From positions 3,906,001 through 3,970,000 of the forward strand of contig NW_024704769.1 in assembly GCF_018977255.1 (NCBI RefSeq): a stretch of 64,000 nucleotides of DNA. The letters are read 5' to 3'. The position numbers were made by a program, and so were the translations under genes. Of this stretch, positions 1 through 10,200 are shown one piece after another; positions within the stretch are counted from its first letter, which is position 1, and the number at the start of each line of letters is the position of its first letter. The notes under the pieces were generated by a model. It was not told the DNA's origin and did no database searches. It worked only from the letters and a program-made list of their open reading frames with translations. This stretch comes from Callorhinchus milii (Eukaryota).

Positions 1-134
1 GCAATATGTTTACGTTTCCCTTCCAGAAACATAACATGCCTTTTACGAGTTATGGAGGGAGCGGGTGGGCCAGATGAAATGGAGTTGGGGGGGCAGATGA
101 AATCAGCCCGTGGCCAGTCAGTTGGACTACCCTG
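1..134. mobile_element. End of a hAT (Charlie-like) non-autonomous DNA transposon
   Basis: ...gcccgtggccagtcagttggactaccctg terminus (reverse complement CAGGGTAGTCCAAC) followed by a ctaga-containing target-like 8-mer. Confidence 0.45.
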
Positions 135-215
135 ACCTAGAGAAACAGTAATCTACAGTTTCTCTCTCCTGGTAGACAACAACAATTAGCCTGACAGGAA
201 CCCTACAGCTCTTAC

Positions 216-3200
216 CTGCCACTCTCCAATGCCATTGCCAGCTGTACCAACTTCTTTCCTTCTGCCTCGGATGATGCCCATACTCCCAGTTGGTCTACTT
301 TAGTGGACTTCTCTGGGAATGCCTCACGAACCTCCAAAGGCTACGGAAGAAAATCACCTCAGAATTAGTTAAACAAACAAGCAAGATTTCTCTCTAATAA
401 ATCTTTGTGGCCTTCAGTTTTGTCAGCTCAGTTGGGTAGATGAAATGCTCCATTTCACGATAGCATTTTACCTCAACTGTTATTGTTTCAGCAAGTGCAG
501 CACTCCAACACTCCAGGGCTCCACTAGCACTGTCTTGGACAGTCAGCCTAGACTGTGGGTCAAGATGGGGCTTGAATCTAAAATTTTCTGACTCAGGGGC
601 AAGAGTACCACCAACTGAGCCAAGCTGATACCTTCAGGATCAGTTGAAGCTTTTGGAGAGAGGAGCGGGAGGCCAGCGAGGGGAGTGCCAGATGATGCAT
701 CCTTCATGATATAAATGCACAGATAAGGCTTTGAGCGGCAGTGGGGATGAACTGGGGGCAGAAGGTGATGATCTGGGTGACAGACTGTTTGCAGTTTTGC
801 ATAGTTCGATTGTCATGTCGGTCAGTGCAGAACCAGTCCTGGATATGACAGCAGTGGTAGCAACAACAGTGAAATGTAAGCCCACGTTTATTGTCATTGC
901 TGACAAGAAGCACCATTTAAATGAGAGAATAGAAAACGTACCGTATACGTTGCATGTAGAGCTCCAAGCAAGGTTACCAAAGCAGCTTCCTTAAAAGCTG
1001 GATCAGGACAACAGACCAGAAGGGGCTTCACCATACCGGCCTTCAGAGCACTAGGGAACACAAACACACAAAGAGAAGTAAGGCTTGGATACGGTTTAAC
1101 AAACGCTGAGATCAAAATTTGACCAAATTCCACATACCGTTTGATGCCACTGACAGCTGCATCACCGTATCTCCGCACATCATCGTAGTCTCTGTTCAAA
1201 GGGCCCGTTGGAGCAAAGATCTGCAGGAAGAAAATGTTAGGTAAATAACTAACAAAAGCAGATGGTGCAACTAACAAGGGTATTTCACCCCTAGTCTATC
1301 CAGCAGTTAACAGCAGTTGTTGCGGAATACAAGCTGAGTTTAATGTCACCTACAAAAATAATAATAATCCTTGCATTTGATATAGCGCTTTCTCACTAGT
1401 AACTACAAACCTGCTGTCAGGATGAAATTCCTTTAATACAAGACAGAAACCTCACTCACCAGTCTGGCTCCTGGAAAAACAGCAGCATGGATCAAGACCA
1501 CTTCCTTTTCCGCCGCTAAATCAATCTGAAAGACCAGAATTCCATCATCATCACAGCTACTACTTACACTCAGCACGTTGAGCCGAGAGCTCTCTGAATA
1601 TCTCTGAAACGGATACTTAGATTAAAAGGAAAGTAGCAAAAAACAGCCCTCTAAGCATTCACAAATAATCAGCAATTGTCAGAATACCGGGCTTCTTGCC
1701 AGCAAATGCCTGAAGTGAAGTGGCCTTAAAAATAGATGTGACAAAATCCCAGCCAAACAGAAAATCTCAAGACTACCATACAGAGATTCCTGTACGTTTA
1801 CCCACAAGCACAATCTAGCGTTTGGTTATGATAACAAAAATAATAATGATAATTGCATTTGCCTTTCATGACAAGAGGACATCCCAAAGTGCTTTATAGA
1901 AAGTGAAGGGATTGTGTATTTGTGGGCAAACACAGCAGCCAATTTGCACACAGCACCCAGAACCCACAACCTTCTGACTCAAGAGGCGAGAGCGCTACCA
2001 TTGACCCGGACTGACACAACCTGTGTTATATTTCCACATCTTAAGGATTCCATAGAGAAGTGAATAGGACTGTACAATTCTGTCTTAAGCCAGCTCAGCA
2101 TATCAACCACTTTAACCTACTTTAGCAAATGCCTTCTTTTCTCACCATGATGAGGTTTGAATCACGAGGGTACTTTGTAGGGGAAAAAAGTTGTCTCAAA
2201 ATGGTTCCAGAATAATTCTTACAAAACAATGGAAATGGAAATTTGGCACTGTTACAGGTTTTAATACCAGCACTTAGAAGGCGCGGGCATGTGTGATAGC
2301 ACTGGCTACAATAGAAACAAATGCTGTAGTGCTCCCACTCAACCCACTGAAACGTTGGGTTTCTGTAACTATTTTGGAGTCATGGTACAGTATTAAACCC
2401 TCATCCTTTCAAAGAACAGGAGCCATATTGCTCACGTTCTTTGAAAAGTTTCCACAACCACTTTACCTCACTACCTTCCTCTCTGCCTTCAACTAAAATC
2501 TCAGACTCCCTGGCTTTGGTGAACATCTTTAACATCTTGAGTGCCATCGGCGGGTGGGCCTTCAGCCTCTCTGCTCCCCCCTCTGGAATGCCATCCCACA
2601 GTCTCTTCACCTCGCCCCCTCCCTTGCCTCCTTCAAGGCACGGCTCAAGACCATTCTCTTTGACCGCGCCTTCGGTCACTCTCCTACCCCACCCTCCCTG
2701 CTCTCCACCTCTCCTGATCCCAACCCCCAGCTCGGGTCCAAATCCCTGGATGTCCAACGCCCTGGAATATTCTCCCGACGTGAAAGGCATTATAAAAATT
2801 TGTAATTTGTTTGTTGTTTAAATGTAAAATTTTAGACAAATATGATAGAAACGAGTTCTGCAAGTTAGAAAAAGCACAAAATAAATAATTTGTCCATATT
2901 ACTTACAGATTTATACTGACTGAGAGGAGCTTTCAAACTTTCCAAATCTCTAGGCAGCTTTTCAACAGAGTCGGTTACTAAGACAACGCCATCAAAACTC
3001 CTGAAAGAAGACAAAGCATGGTTTAAAATTGTACTTACCTTGTCTCAGAGGGGAAGACAGGGAGAGCAAGAGGGCCTATATGATTTGCTCAGTATTTATT
3101 GGATATCAAATAGGATATGCGTCAGGTCAGTTCAAGACAACTTATGATGGTTTAACTTGTTCATTGTCTTGGGGTGTTTCAAACAGAATTCAGAGTGTAA

Positions 3201-5749
3201 AATAAAATCTACCCATACTACTCCCATATATGTTCCAGTTACATTATTAAACTTCAACAATATAGTACTTGGGACAAAGTTTCATCAGGATATCTTACAG
3301 ACATACAGGCTGTTCTTCCAACTAAACTGGCAAGTTTCCCCTCCAAATTTCATTGATTCTCACAAAGGCTTGCTTATCTATGTCTTTGGATAAAAGTAGA
3401 ACTCCTTTTTTGGGTGGGGTCAGCCGGGTGTCTGAAACCCAACACCATTGCTTAAGGGTATTCAAACCAAATTTGCTTGCATCCCACTTACAGATGCAAA
3501 TCCCAGAGATAGATTGTTGGAATGGAATGCGCTCTCTCTTCCTGCTTACCTAATTCCGGAAAGTATTAGGCGCAGGTTGACAAGAGCCAAGGCTTGAGGT
3601 GCCCAGAGTGTGCGTTGGGGTACTGTTGGAATCTAACCAGTTAAAACCGCAGAGCTTGCCGTCTGCCATTAAGAACGTCATACTCACAGTTTGCTTTGTA
3701 ATTGTGTTGTGAATACAACTTCCGGGATTCTGAAAGGAAACATTTTTTAAAAAGTTTTAAAATGGTGAACACACAGAGCATCGGCTTTCAAGATTCCCAC
3801 TCTCTTTGCTTAAGATTGTGAGATGGGCATTTGTCACCGCCCGTATTATATACCTAATGGAATCCTTTACCTAAAGCAAACAATATGGAAAGATCAATGC
3901 AGCCAATCCACTTGATAATATATTCTGTGAAGCACTTTGAAACATCCAATGACGTGATAATAATAATACTTAGTTTGTGTGCGAGCAGAATTAAAAATGA
4001 TAATAATAATCCTTGCATTTGATATAGCGTCTTATCACGTTGTCGAGACGTCTCAAAGCACTTCACAGAATACACTGCAAAGCGAGTTGACTGTATACTT
4101 TGTGGGCAAAAGGATAAAGAGCTATATCAAATGCAAGGATTATTATTATTATTAATTATAGCAAAAGCAAACAATTTCTCCTTGTTTTGTAATTATTTGA
4201 GGGCTTGTGATTCTTATTCTTATTCCTAGTCTAAAGTTTATTCCTACTACAATAGCAGAAACAGTCACAAAAATTTTATTGTTGGGCCAAACCCGTAGAG
4301 GAACTCTGTGACCAGCAATTAGTAAAGGATCTAATATTGTACAATGACTATACATCAAGACCAAGTTTCGCTATTAGTAGCTGCACGATAGCTGCTACTC
4401 AGCTGTTATTGAAGATAGAACAGAAAGTGCCAGATTTGCAATTCGAGTTAATTACTTTATGATCCCACTTCTCAAAGGACATCTGATAAGAAAATTGAAT
4501 TTTGTTAAAAAAAAATCAGATAAAATAAGCGCATGACTGAACTCTGAGCCCCGGGAGATTCGATCGTCTATGTATTATTATGAAATCGCCACAAAAATGT
4601 AAACGTAATACAGTGCACATTTGGCCACCCATGGATCTAGCATTGCAAAGTGAGCAAACTAAACTAAACCACACCGCAGTCCGATCTCATCAGTGCAGGA
4701 TCGCCTGGTTGACAAATGAAGTGAGATTTAATAACTAACTTGTGGCTGCCCTGTGTAAGGAGGGTAAGAGGAGGGGTCCTGCAGCTCAGTGGTTAGAGCG
4801 CAGTGCAGTTTAGTTTCGCTAACTTTGCAATTCTAGATCCACGTGCGCTGCTCACACACATATATATACTAATAATAATAATAATCCTCGCATTTGATAT
4901 AGCGCTTTTCACGTCGGGAGGACGTCCCAAAGCGCTTCACAGAACACACTGTAAAGTGAATTGACTGTATATTTGTGGGCGAACGCGGCAGCCAATTGCG
5001 CACAGCAATGTCCCACAAACAGTCGTGGATTGAAAATGACCAATTTATTATTGTTTTTGGTTTATACATATTATATATATTATATATTACGTTTGACCTC
5101 TGACTCGCGCGAAGTGTGCGCTAACCGCGGGCTCTGTCGCAAGAGTCGCTCGACTGGAAGCGAAGCCGGGCTTCTAACCCCACGTGTCGTCGCGTGCACG
5201 AACACGTGGAGAGCCCTGCGGTTTCCACCCGACCGGGAGGAACCGGCTCCTTCCTCCAATTCACCGCCGCGGTGCAGCCCGCGCAGCGCCTCGGGACGCC
5301 TCGACAACAACAACAACAACAAGATTCCATTTATAAAGCGCCTTTCACGTCAGGAGGACGTCCCAAGGCGCTGACTGGCGTGACGGGCCGCAGCGTCAGA
5401 CCCAATCATCATCATCATCATTATTATTATTATTATTTTTATTATCACAGGAGGGATCAGTGGTTAGAGCACTCGCTTTGCAAGTGAGAGACCTGAGTTC
5501 AATTCCAGGCAGAGGGCGAAACCTCGGGCAAGTTTCCTTACTCCACACAGAGCCTAATAATAATCCCTCCAAAACCAAAAACAATAATAAATTGGTCATT
5601 TTCAATCTACGACTGTTTGTGGGACATTGCTGTGCGCAATTGGCTGCCGCGTTCGCCCACAAATATACAGTCAATTCACTTTACAGTGTGTTCTGTGAAG
5701 CGCTTTGGGACGTCCTCCCGACGTGAAAAGCGCTATATCAAATGCAAGG

Positions 5750-5785
<36 letters not shown>

Positions 5786-6189
5786 TATTATTATCAGACC
5801 TGCTTCTGGTCAAAAAAAAGCAGCATTTAGACTAAATAAAAATCCCACTGCAATAATAATAATAACTGTCAAGTACCTTAATCATCATCATCATCATCGT
5901 AATAGTAATAATAATAATAATAATAATCACTGCATCTAACACCAGCGGCCTGTCACGTCGTCGAAGGCGCCTCCAGGCGCTTCGCGGGAACATACGGGAC
6001 AGTGTAGTGACTGTGCATTTCTTTTCGCGGTCGCCACGAAAACGAGTTTGCCTCATAGTCAGCGACGGTGAACCCCCCCCCACACCGACACCTCGGCTCC
6101 GGGGCTCTCCGGTCCGTCACGATCCCCCCCACACCCCCCGAGGACCTGACCCTCACCCTCACCCACCTGTGAACACCGGGCGGCACCAT
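216..6189 (-). CDS. Putative M17 (leucyl-aminopeptidase family) aminopeptidase, 'W07G4.4-like'; first 7 coding exons, gene continues beyond the left edge
   Basis: Exons in transcription order: 6189-6167, 3729-3688, 3000-2907, 1525-1460, 1220-1138, 1050-942, 340-216. All introns are GT-AG with compatible phases. Spliced protein: MVPPGVHRIPEVVFTTQLQSKLSFDGVVLVTDSVEKLPRDLESLKAPLSQYKSIDLAAEKEVVLIHAAVFPGARLIFAPTGPLNRDYDDVRRYGDAAVSGIKRALKAGMVKPLLVCCPDPAFKEAALVTLLGALHATYTPLEVREAFPEKSTKVDQLGVWASSEAEGKKLVQLAMALESGR. The motifs TGPLNRDYDDVRR, GIKRALKAG, PLEVRE and ALESGR are ones I recall from the N-terminal half of W07G4.4-like aminopeptidases. The catalytic domain lies outside the window. Confidence 0.8.
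495..625 (-). mobile_element. SacSINE1-like (Deu-domain) SINE, 5' fragment
   Basis: tRNA-like head and body shared with copies at ~33630-33860, 47575-47775, 52855-53210, 60590-60785 and 62070-62340. Confidence 0.6.
2520..2820 (+). mobile_element. L2-clade LINE 3' end
   Basis: Degenerate ORF2 C-terminus (..LWNAIPQSLHLAPSLASFKARLKTILFDRAF) plus stem-loop tail and (TTG)n. Confidence 0.85.
3405..3670 (-). mobile_element. Unclassified interspersed repeat family ending in an oligo(A) tail
   Basis: Homologous copies at ~23325-23608, 24790-25110, 30440-30860, 44110-44222, 44905-45108 and 59920-60000. Confidence 0.7.
5451..5790 (+). mobile_element. tRNA-derived SINE (dominant family in the window, >30 copies or fragments) with Deu-like core, L2-type tail and (TTA)n end
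   Basis: A-box-like tcagtggttagagc and B-box-like gttcaattcc head; core ctgtttgtgggacattgctgtgcgcaattggctgccgcg; tail gtgaagcgcttt...gcgctatatcaaatgcaaggattattatt. Confidence 0.9.
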
Positions 6190-7192
6190 CGCGCCTCCTC
6201 ACCTCCGACCGCCCTCACGCCGCGCGCCGTCACCAACTGTCACCGCTCGAGCGAACCCACCTGAACTGCCCGTAGGTCCCGCCCACACCGACCACCCGCC
6301 CCCCCACTACGCCGCTCAGGATTGGCAGTTCGCACCGTCAGTCCCGGTCCAGCGCTGCTCACGATTGGCTGTTCGCAGCGCAGAGCCCGCCCCTCCCCCC
6401 TCCTGATTGGCTCGAGTGAGCGGCCTCCGCTGCGATTGGCCGGCCGCCGGTGCCGGAAGCTTGCTGCGATTGGATGGGGCTGGCTGTCAATCGCGGGTTG
6501 GAGGCGGGAGGGAGGGAGGGAGGGGGGGAGGAGCGCGCGAGCGAGCGGCCGTTGCCGGGCAGTGGCGGTTGGAAAGCGGCGGTTGACCGGGGCCTCGAGG
6601 TGACCGACCGTTAACCGTTTCAAAATGGTGGGGGACGGGGACAGCGTTGGGTCGTCGAAGGCCCCCTCCCCCCTGCCCACCCCCCCTCCCCCTCCCCCCC
6701 CTCAGCAAGGTCACCGGGGCCGGGCCATGGGAACAGGAGGAGGCCATTCAGCCCCTCCAGCCCGTTCCGCCCCTTTTAGGGCTGAACCTGTAAGTCGACC
6801 CCAACTAAGCCCCGGTTCCCCCCCCCCCCCCTTTGCCCCCCACCCCCACCCCCCCCAATCCGTGTACCCGGCAGTGAGCGCGTGTAATTATTATTATTAT
6901 TTATTATTATTATTATTTATTATTATTATTGTGAGCGCCGGCCGCGCGCTCTCGCAAGAGGGCGCGTGTCAGACGCCGCCGCTGCGAAGCTCTCCCGGAC
7001 GCTCCCCCTCACCCCCTCCCCCCCCTCAAGCCCACCCCCCCCACCCCCCCCCCCGGGGTGAAGGGCGCTTCATAAACGCAAGTTGTCGTCGTCGTCGTAG
7101 AGCAAGCGCGAGGGTCACTTGCCGCTGCACTACAAGTCCAAGTTGTCTTGCCGTGACTTTTTTTTCTCTCTCTCTCCCCCTTCGCCGTTCAG
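6190..7192. promoter_or_regulatory. Bidirectional CpG-island promoter shared by the aminopeptidase gene (-) and FAHD2A (+)
   Basis: Very GC- and CpG-rich. ATTGG (CCAAT) boxes at about 6321, 6364, 6406, 6435 and 6469; ETS-type CCGGAAG at about 6453; GC boxes. Probable non-coding FAHD2A exon 1 ends near 6599 (gag|gtgacc). A strong polypyrimidine acceptor ends at 7192, just upstream of the FAHD2A ATG. Confidence 0.8.
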
Positions 7193-7209
7193 CGGCGGCG
7201 TTCGCTCAC

Positions 7210-10200
7210 ATGCAGGTCCGGGTGGGCGCAGCGCCGCTTCTCCTCCGCCTGCTCCGCGCTGGGCGGTCGGGGGGCGCTGGGCCGAAGCCCGCGGGCCATT
7301 TCCAAGCGCGGCCCCTGTCGCCGTCCGGGGAGAGAGGGATGAGGCTCGTCCAGTTCCGCACCGCGAGGGAGCAGGACGGGGTGAGAGTGGGAGTGGAGGA
7401 GAAGGACGGAGGGAACGTCGTCGACCTAAATTGGTTGGACAGCTCGCTGCCCAGGACCATGAGGGAGTTTCTGGAGAAGGGAGAGGCTGCCATGGCATCA
7501 GCCAGAAGGTGAAATTCGTCACTGAGAAGTGCTGTGGATGTCCATTCGTTGTTTTCGGGATTGGTGGGTGTGTGTGAAAGTAACAGCAACACAGGGCTTG
7601 AGCTCTCGCTGCACTGTCTTGCTTCGTTGCCCTGATCATTGTGTCTTGCACTAACAGCCGCTTCTTTTATGGGCTGATTGTAATGGCAGTATGAGTGGCA
7701 ATGGTGCAGTGTACAAGATATGAGCAATTATTCCAGCATGTTTTAAACGGACGCTGTGATATGCTTACCTTCTCCCAAAACTGAAGAGCTTGTCCAATCA
7801 GACCAGTAGAACCGGAGGACACGGCCTACGATTGAAGTGGGGTGAATTCAGGACAAACTTGCGAAAACACTACTTCAGTGAGCGAGAAGTAAACGTATGG
7901 GACAGACTCCCTCGGCAAATGTTCGGAGTAAAAATTGCCAATTCTTTCAAGAACAAAATAGATAGATTTCTGTTCGGAAATAATATTTTGGGATACAGTA
8001 TATAGTTTTGGACATGACATGTGAGGATGGTGGAAGGCAAACTGGATGGACCTTGGTTTTCTTTCGCCTGGTAATTCTTACGTACTGAATCATTGCTCAG
8101 TATTTTGTGAACTTGCAGTGGCTCAAAGCCATTTGAGCCACGTGGAGTCCTGTAGCTCAGTGGTTAGAGCACTCGCCTTGCAAGCGAGACACCTGAGTTC
8201 AATTCCAGTCAGGGCGAAACCTTGGGCAAGTTTCCTTACTCCACACAGAGCCTAATAATAATCCTCCAAAACCAACAACAATAATAAATTGGTCATTTTC
8301 AATCCGCTACTGTTTGTGGGACATTGCTGTACGCAATTGGCTGCCGCGTTTCGCCCATAAATATGCATACAGTCAATTCACTTTACAGCATATTCTGTGA
8401 AGCGCTTTGAGACGTCGAGAAGACATGAAAAGCGCTATATCAAATGCAAGGATTATTATTATTATTTCTTCCCAGGAATCTTGGACTCTGCCAAGAACCA
8501 GTGTCTGTTTTTTTCTCTCAACAGAGCAGTGAATTGTAGAACGGTCACTCTGAGCCGGTCAGAGGTAACGTTCTTGTCACCGGTAACGAACCCGGACAAG
8601 GTGGTCTGTGTGGGCATGAACTACCTGGATCACTGCCAGGAGCAGAATGTGCCTCTGCCGAAGGAACCAGTTATTTTCAGTAAATTTGGCAGCTCCATTG
8701 TGGGGCCCTACAGTGACATCATCCATCCAGCGGAGAGCAACGTAATTATTTTGTGACCTTAATGTGTATTGCAGTCAAAGGAACCCGATATAACAAGTGT
8801 ATCTTTCTATAAAGAGAGACTCATGTGGAGTGTAAACGCCGGCAAGGACCAATTGGGCCGAATGCTCTCTTTCCATGCTGTACAGTATATGTATTATAGA
8901 TAGACAAACACTCGCAAGCGAGAAGACCTGGGTTTGACTCCTGCAGCAGGTCTGGGCTAAACATTAGGCAAGTTTTGTTACCTCACACATACGCCTCTAT
9001 TTACTAAGCAGTAAGCAGGAACCCGGATGTCACTTAATTGGCAGATTGCTTTCCGGGGGTAATCCCTTCAAAAAAAATTAAAATCAAGGCTGTATGTGGG
9101 ACATTGCTGTGCACAATTAGCTGCCATGTTTCGTGCACAAAATACATAGTCACTCCACTTTATAGTATATTCTGTGAAGTACTTTGAGACGTCTCAACAA
9201 CCTGATAAAGCTCTATATCAAATGCAGGGTTTATTATTATAATAAATTAATCATTCAGTTCATGGCTGTTTGTAGGACATTGCTGTGTACAAATTAGCCA
9301 CTGTATTTGTTTAAAAAAAATGCACAGCAACTACACTATAGTTAAAAACTCTGAAATATTGAGATTGTATTATCAAATGCAAGGATTGTATTCTATGTGT
9401 GGAAAAAATCTGTAACTTATGTCTGACTCTGCTCCGACAGGAAGTGGACTGGGAGGTGGAGTTGGCGTTTGTGATTGGCAAGAAGGGGAAACACATTAAG
9501 GTCTGAACTTATTACCAGATGGAATATTCATTCCCTTTTATGTGGGTAATGCTGGAGATTTACGTTGAGAGAATGAGGAGACCAGATGTGTGGGACACAA
9601 TTCTTATGTTCAGCATTTACCTCCTCTGCAAGATTTGGCACAGCATTTTTTGTGGGATCTTTAACGCTCAAACTGGCTGCCTACATAACTCACTGGAACA
9701 TTGCTGTATTCTATACCTTGTTTAACGACAAGTCTCATAAACTCCATTTACGCTTGATTGATATGGAGATGTACAAATCCCAGAACAACAACAATTTGCA
9801 ATTATACAGCACCCCTCACTCAGGGCAGCGGCCCAGAGCGCTAGACAGTAGCGGAGCTCGACCCAGAGGCGTGGGAGATGACTGTAGGCACGGTCGAAGA
9901 GGAAGGTCTTCAGTCGTGACCTGAAGATGGGAAAGGAGGGGAGCAAGGCAGAGGGATAGAGAAAGAATTCCAGAGTCACGGGGCGAAGTGGCTGAAAGCA
10001 TAGCCTACGGTGGTGGAACGGAGGGCACGAGGGACAAGCAGGAGGCCGGAGCCAGTCAAGAGGAGGCAGCGGGTAGTGGAGTAAATAGTTTGGATTAAAG
10101 GCCCTGCTAGAGTATGGGCACTGAGTGAGGCACTGGAGAATGAGAAACAGCCAGCAAGTGTCAGCAGGGAGTGTGGGGGGGATTCTAAAATAAAAAACAG

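Noticed and set aside
4152-4364. AT-rich 70-aa ORF, considered as a NUMT or viral fragment
   Set aside because: I could not recognise any mitochondrial or viral protein motif in the frames I read.
6625-7512. 295-aa ORF, the longest in the ORF track
   Set aside because: Only the last ~100 codons (from ATG 7210) are FAHD2A. The rest is GC-rich intron with TE remnants and a (TAT)n tract that happens to be open; a strong splice acceptor sits at 7192.
8143-8215. tRNA-like sequences (gtagctcagtggttagagcactcgccttgcaagcgag...gttcaattcc), many copies
   Set aside because: These are SINE heads: each continues into the SINE body and lacks a proper acceptor stem and Pol III terminator.
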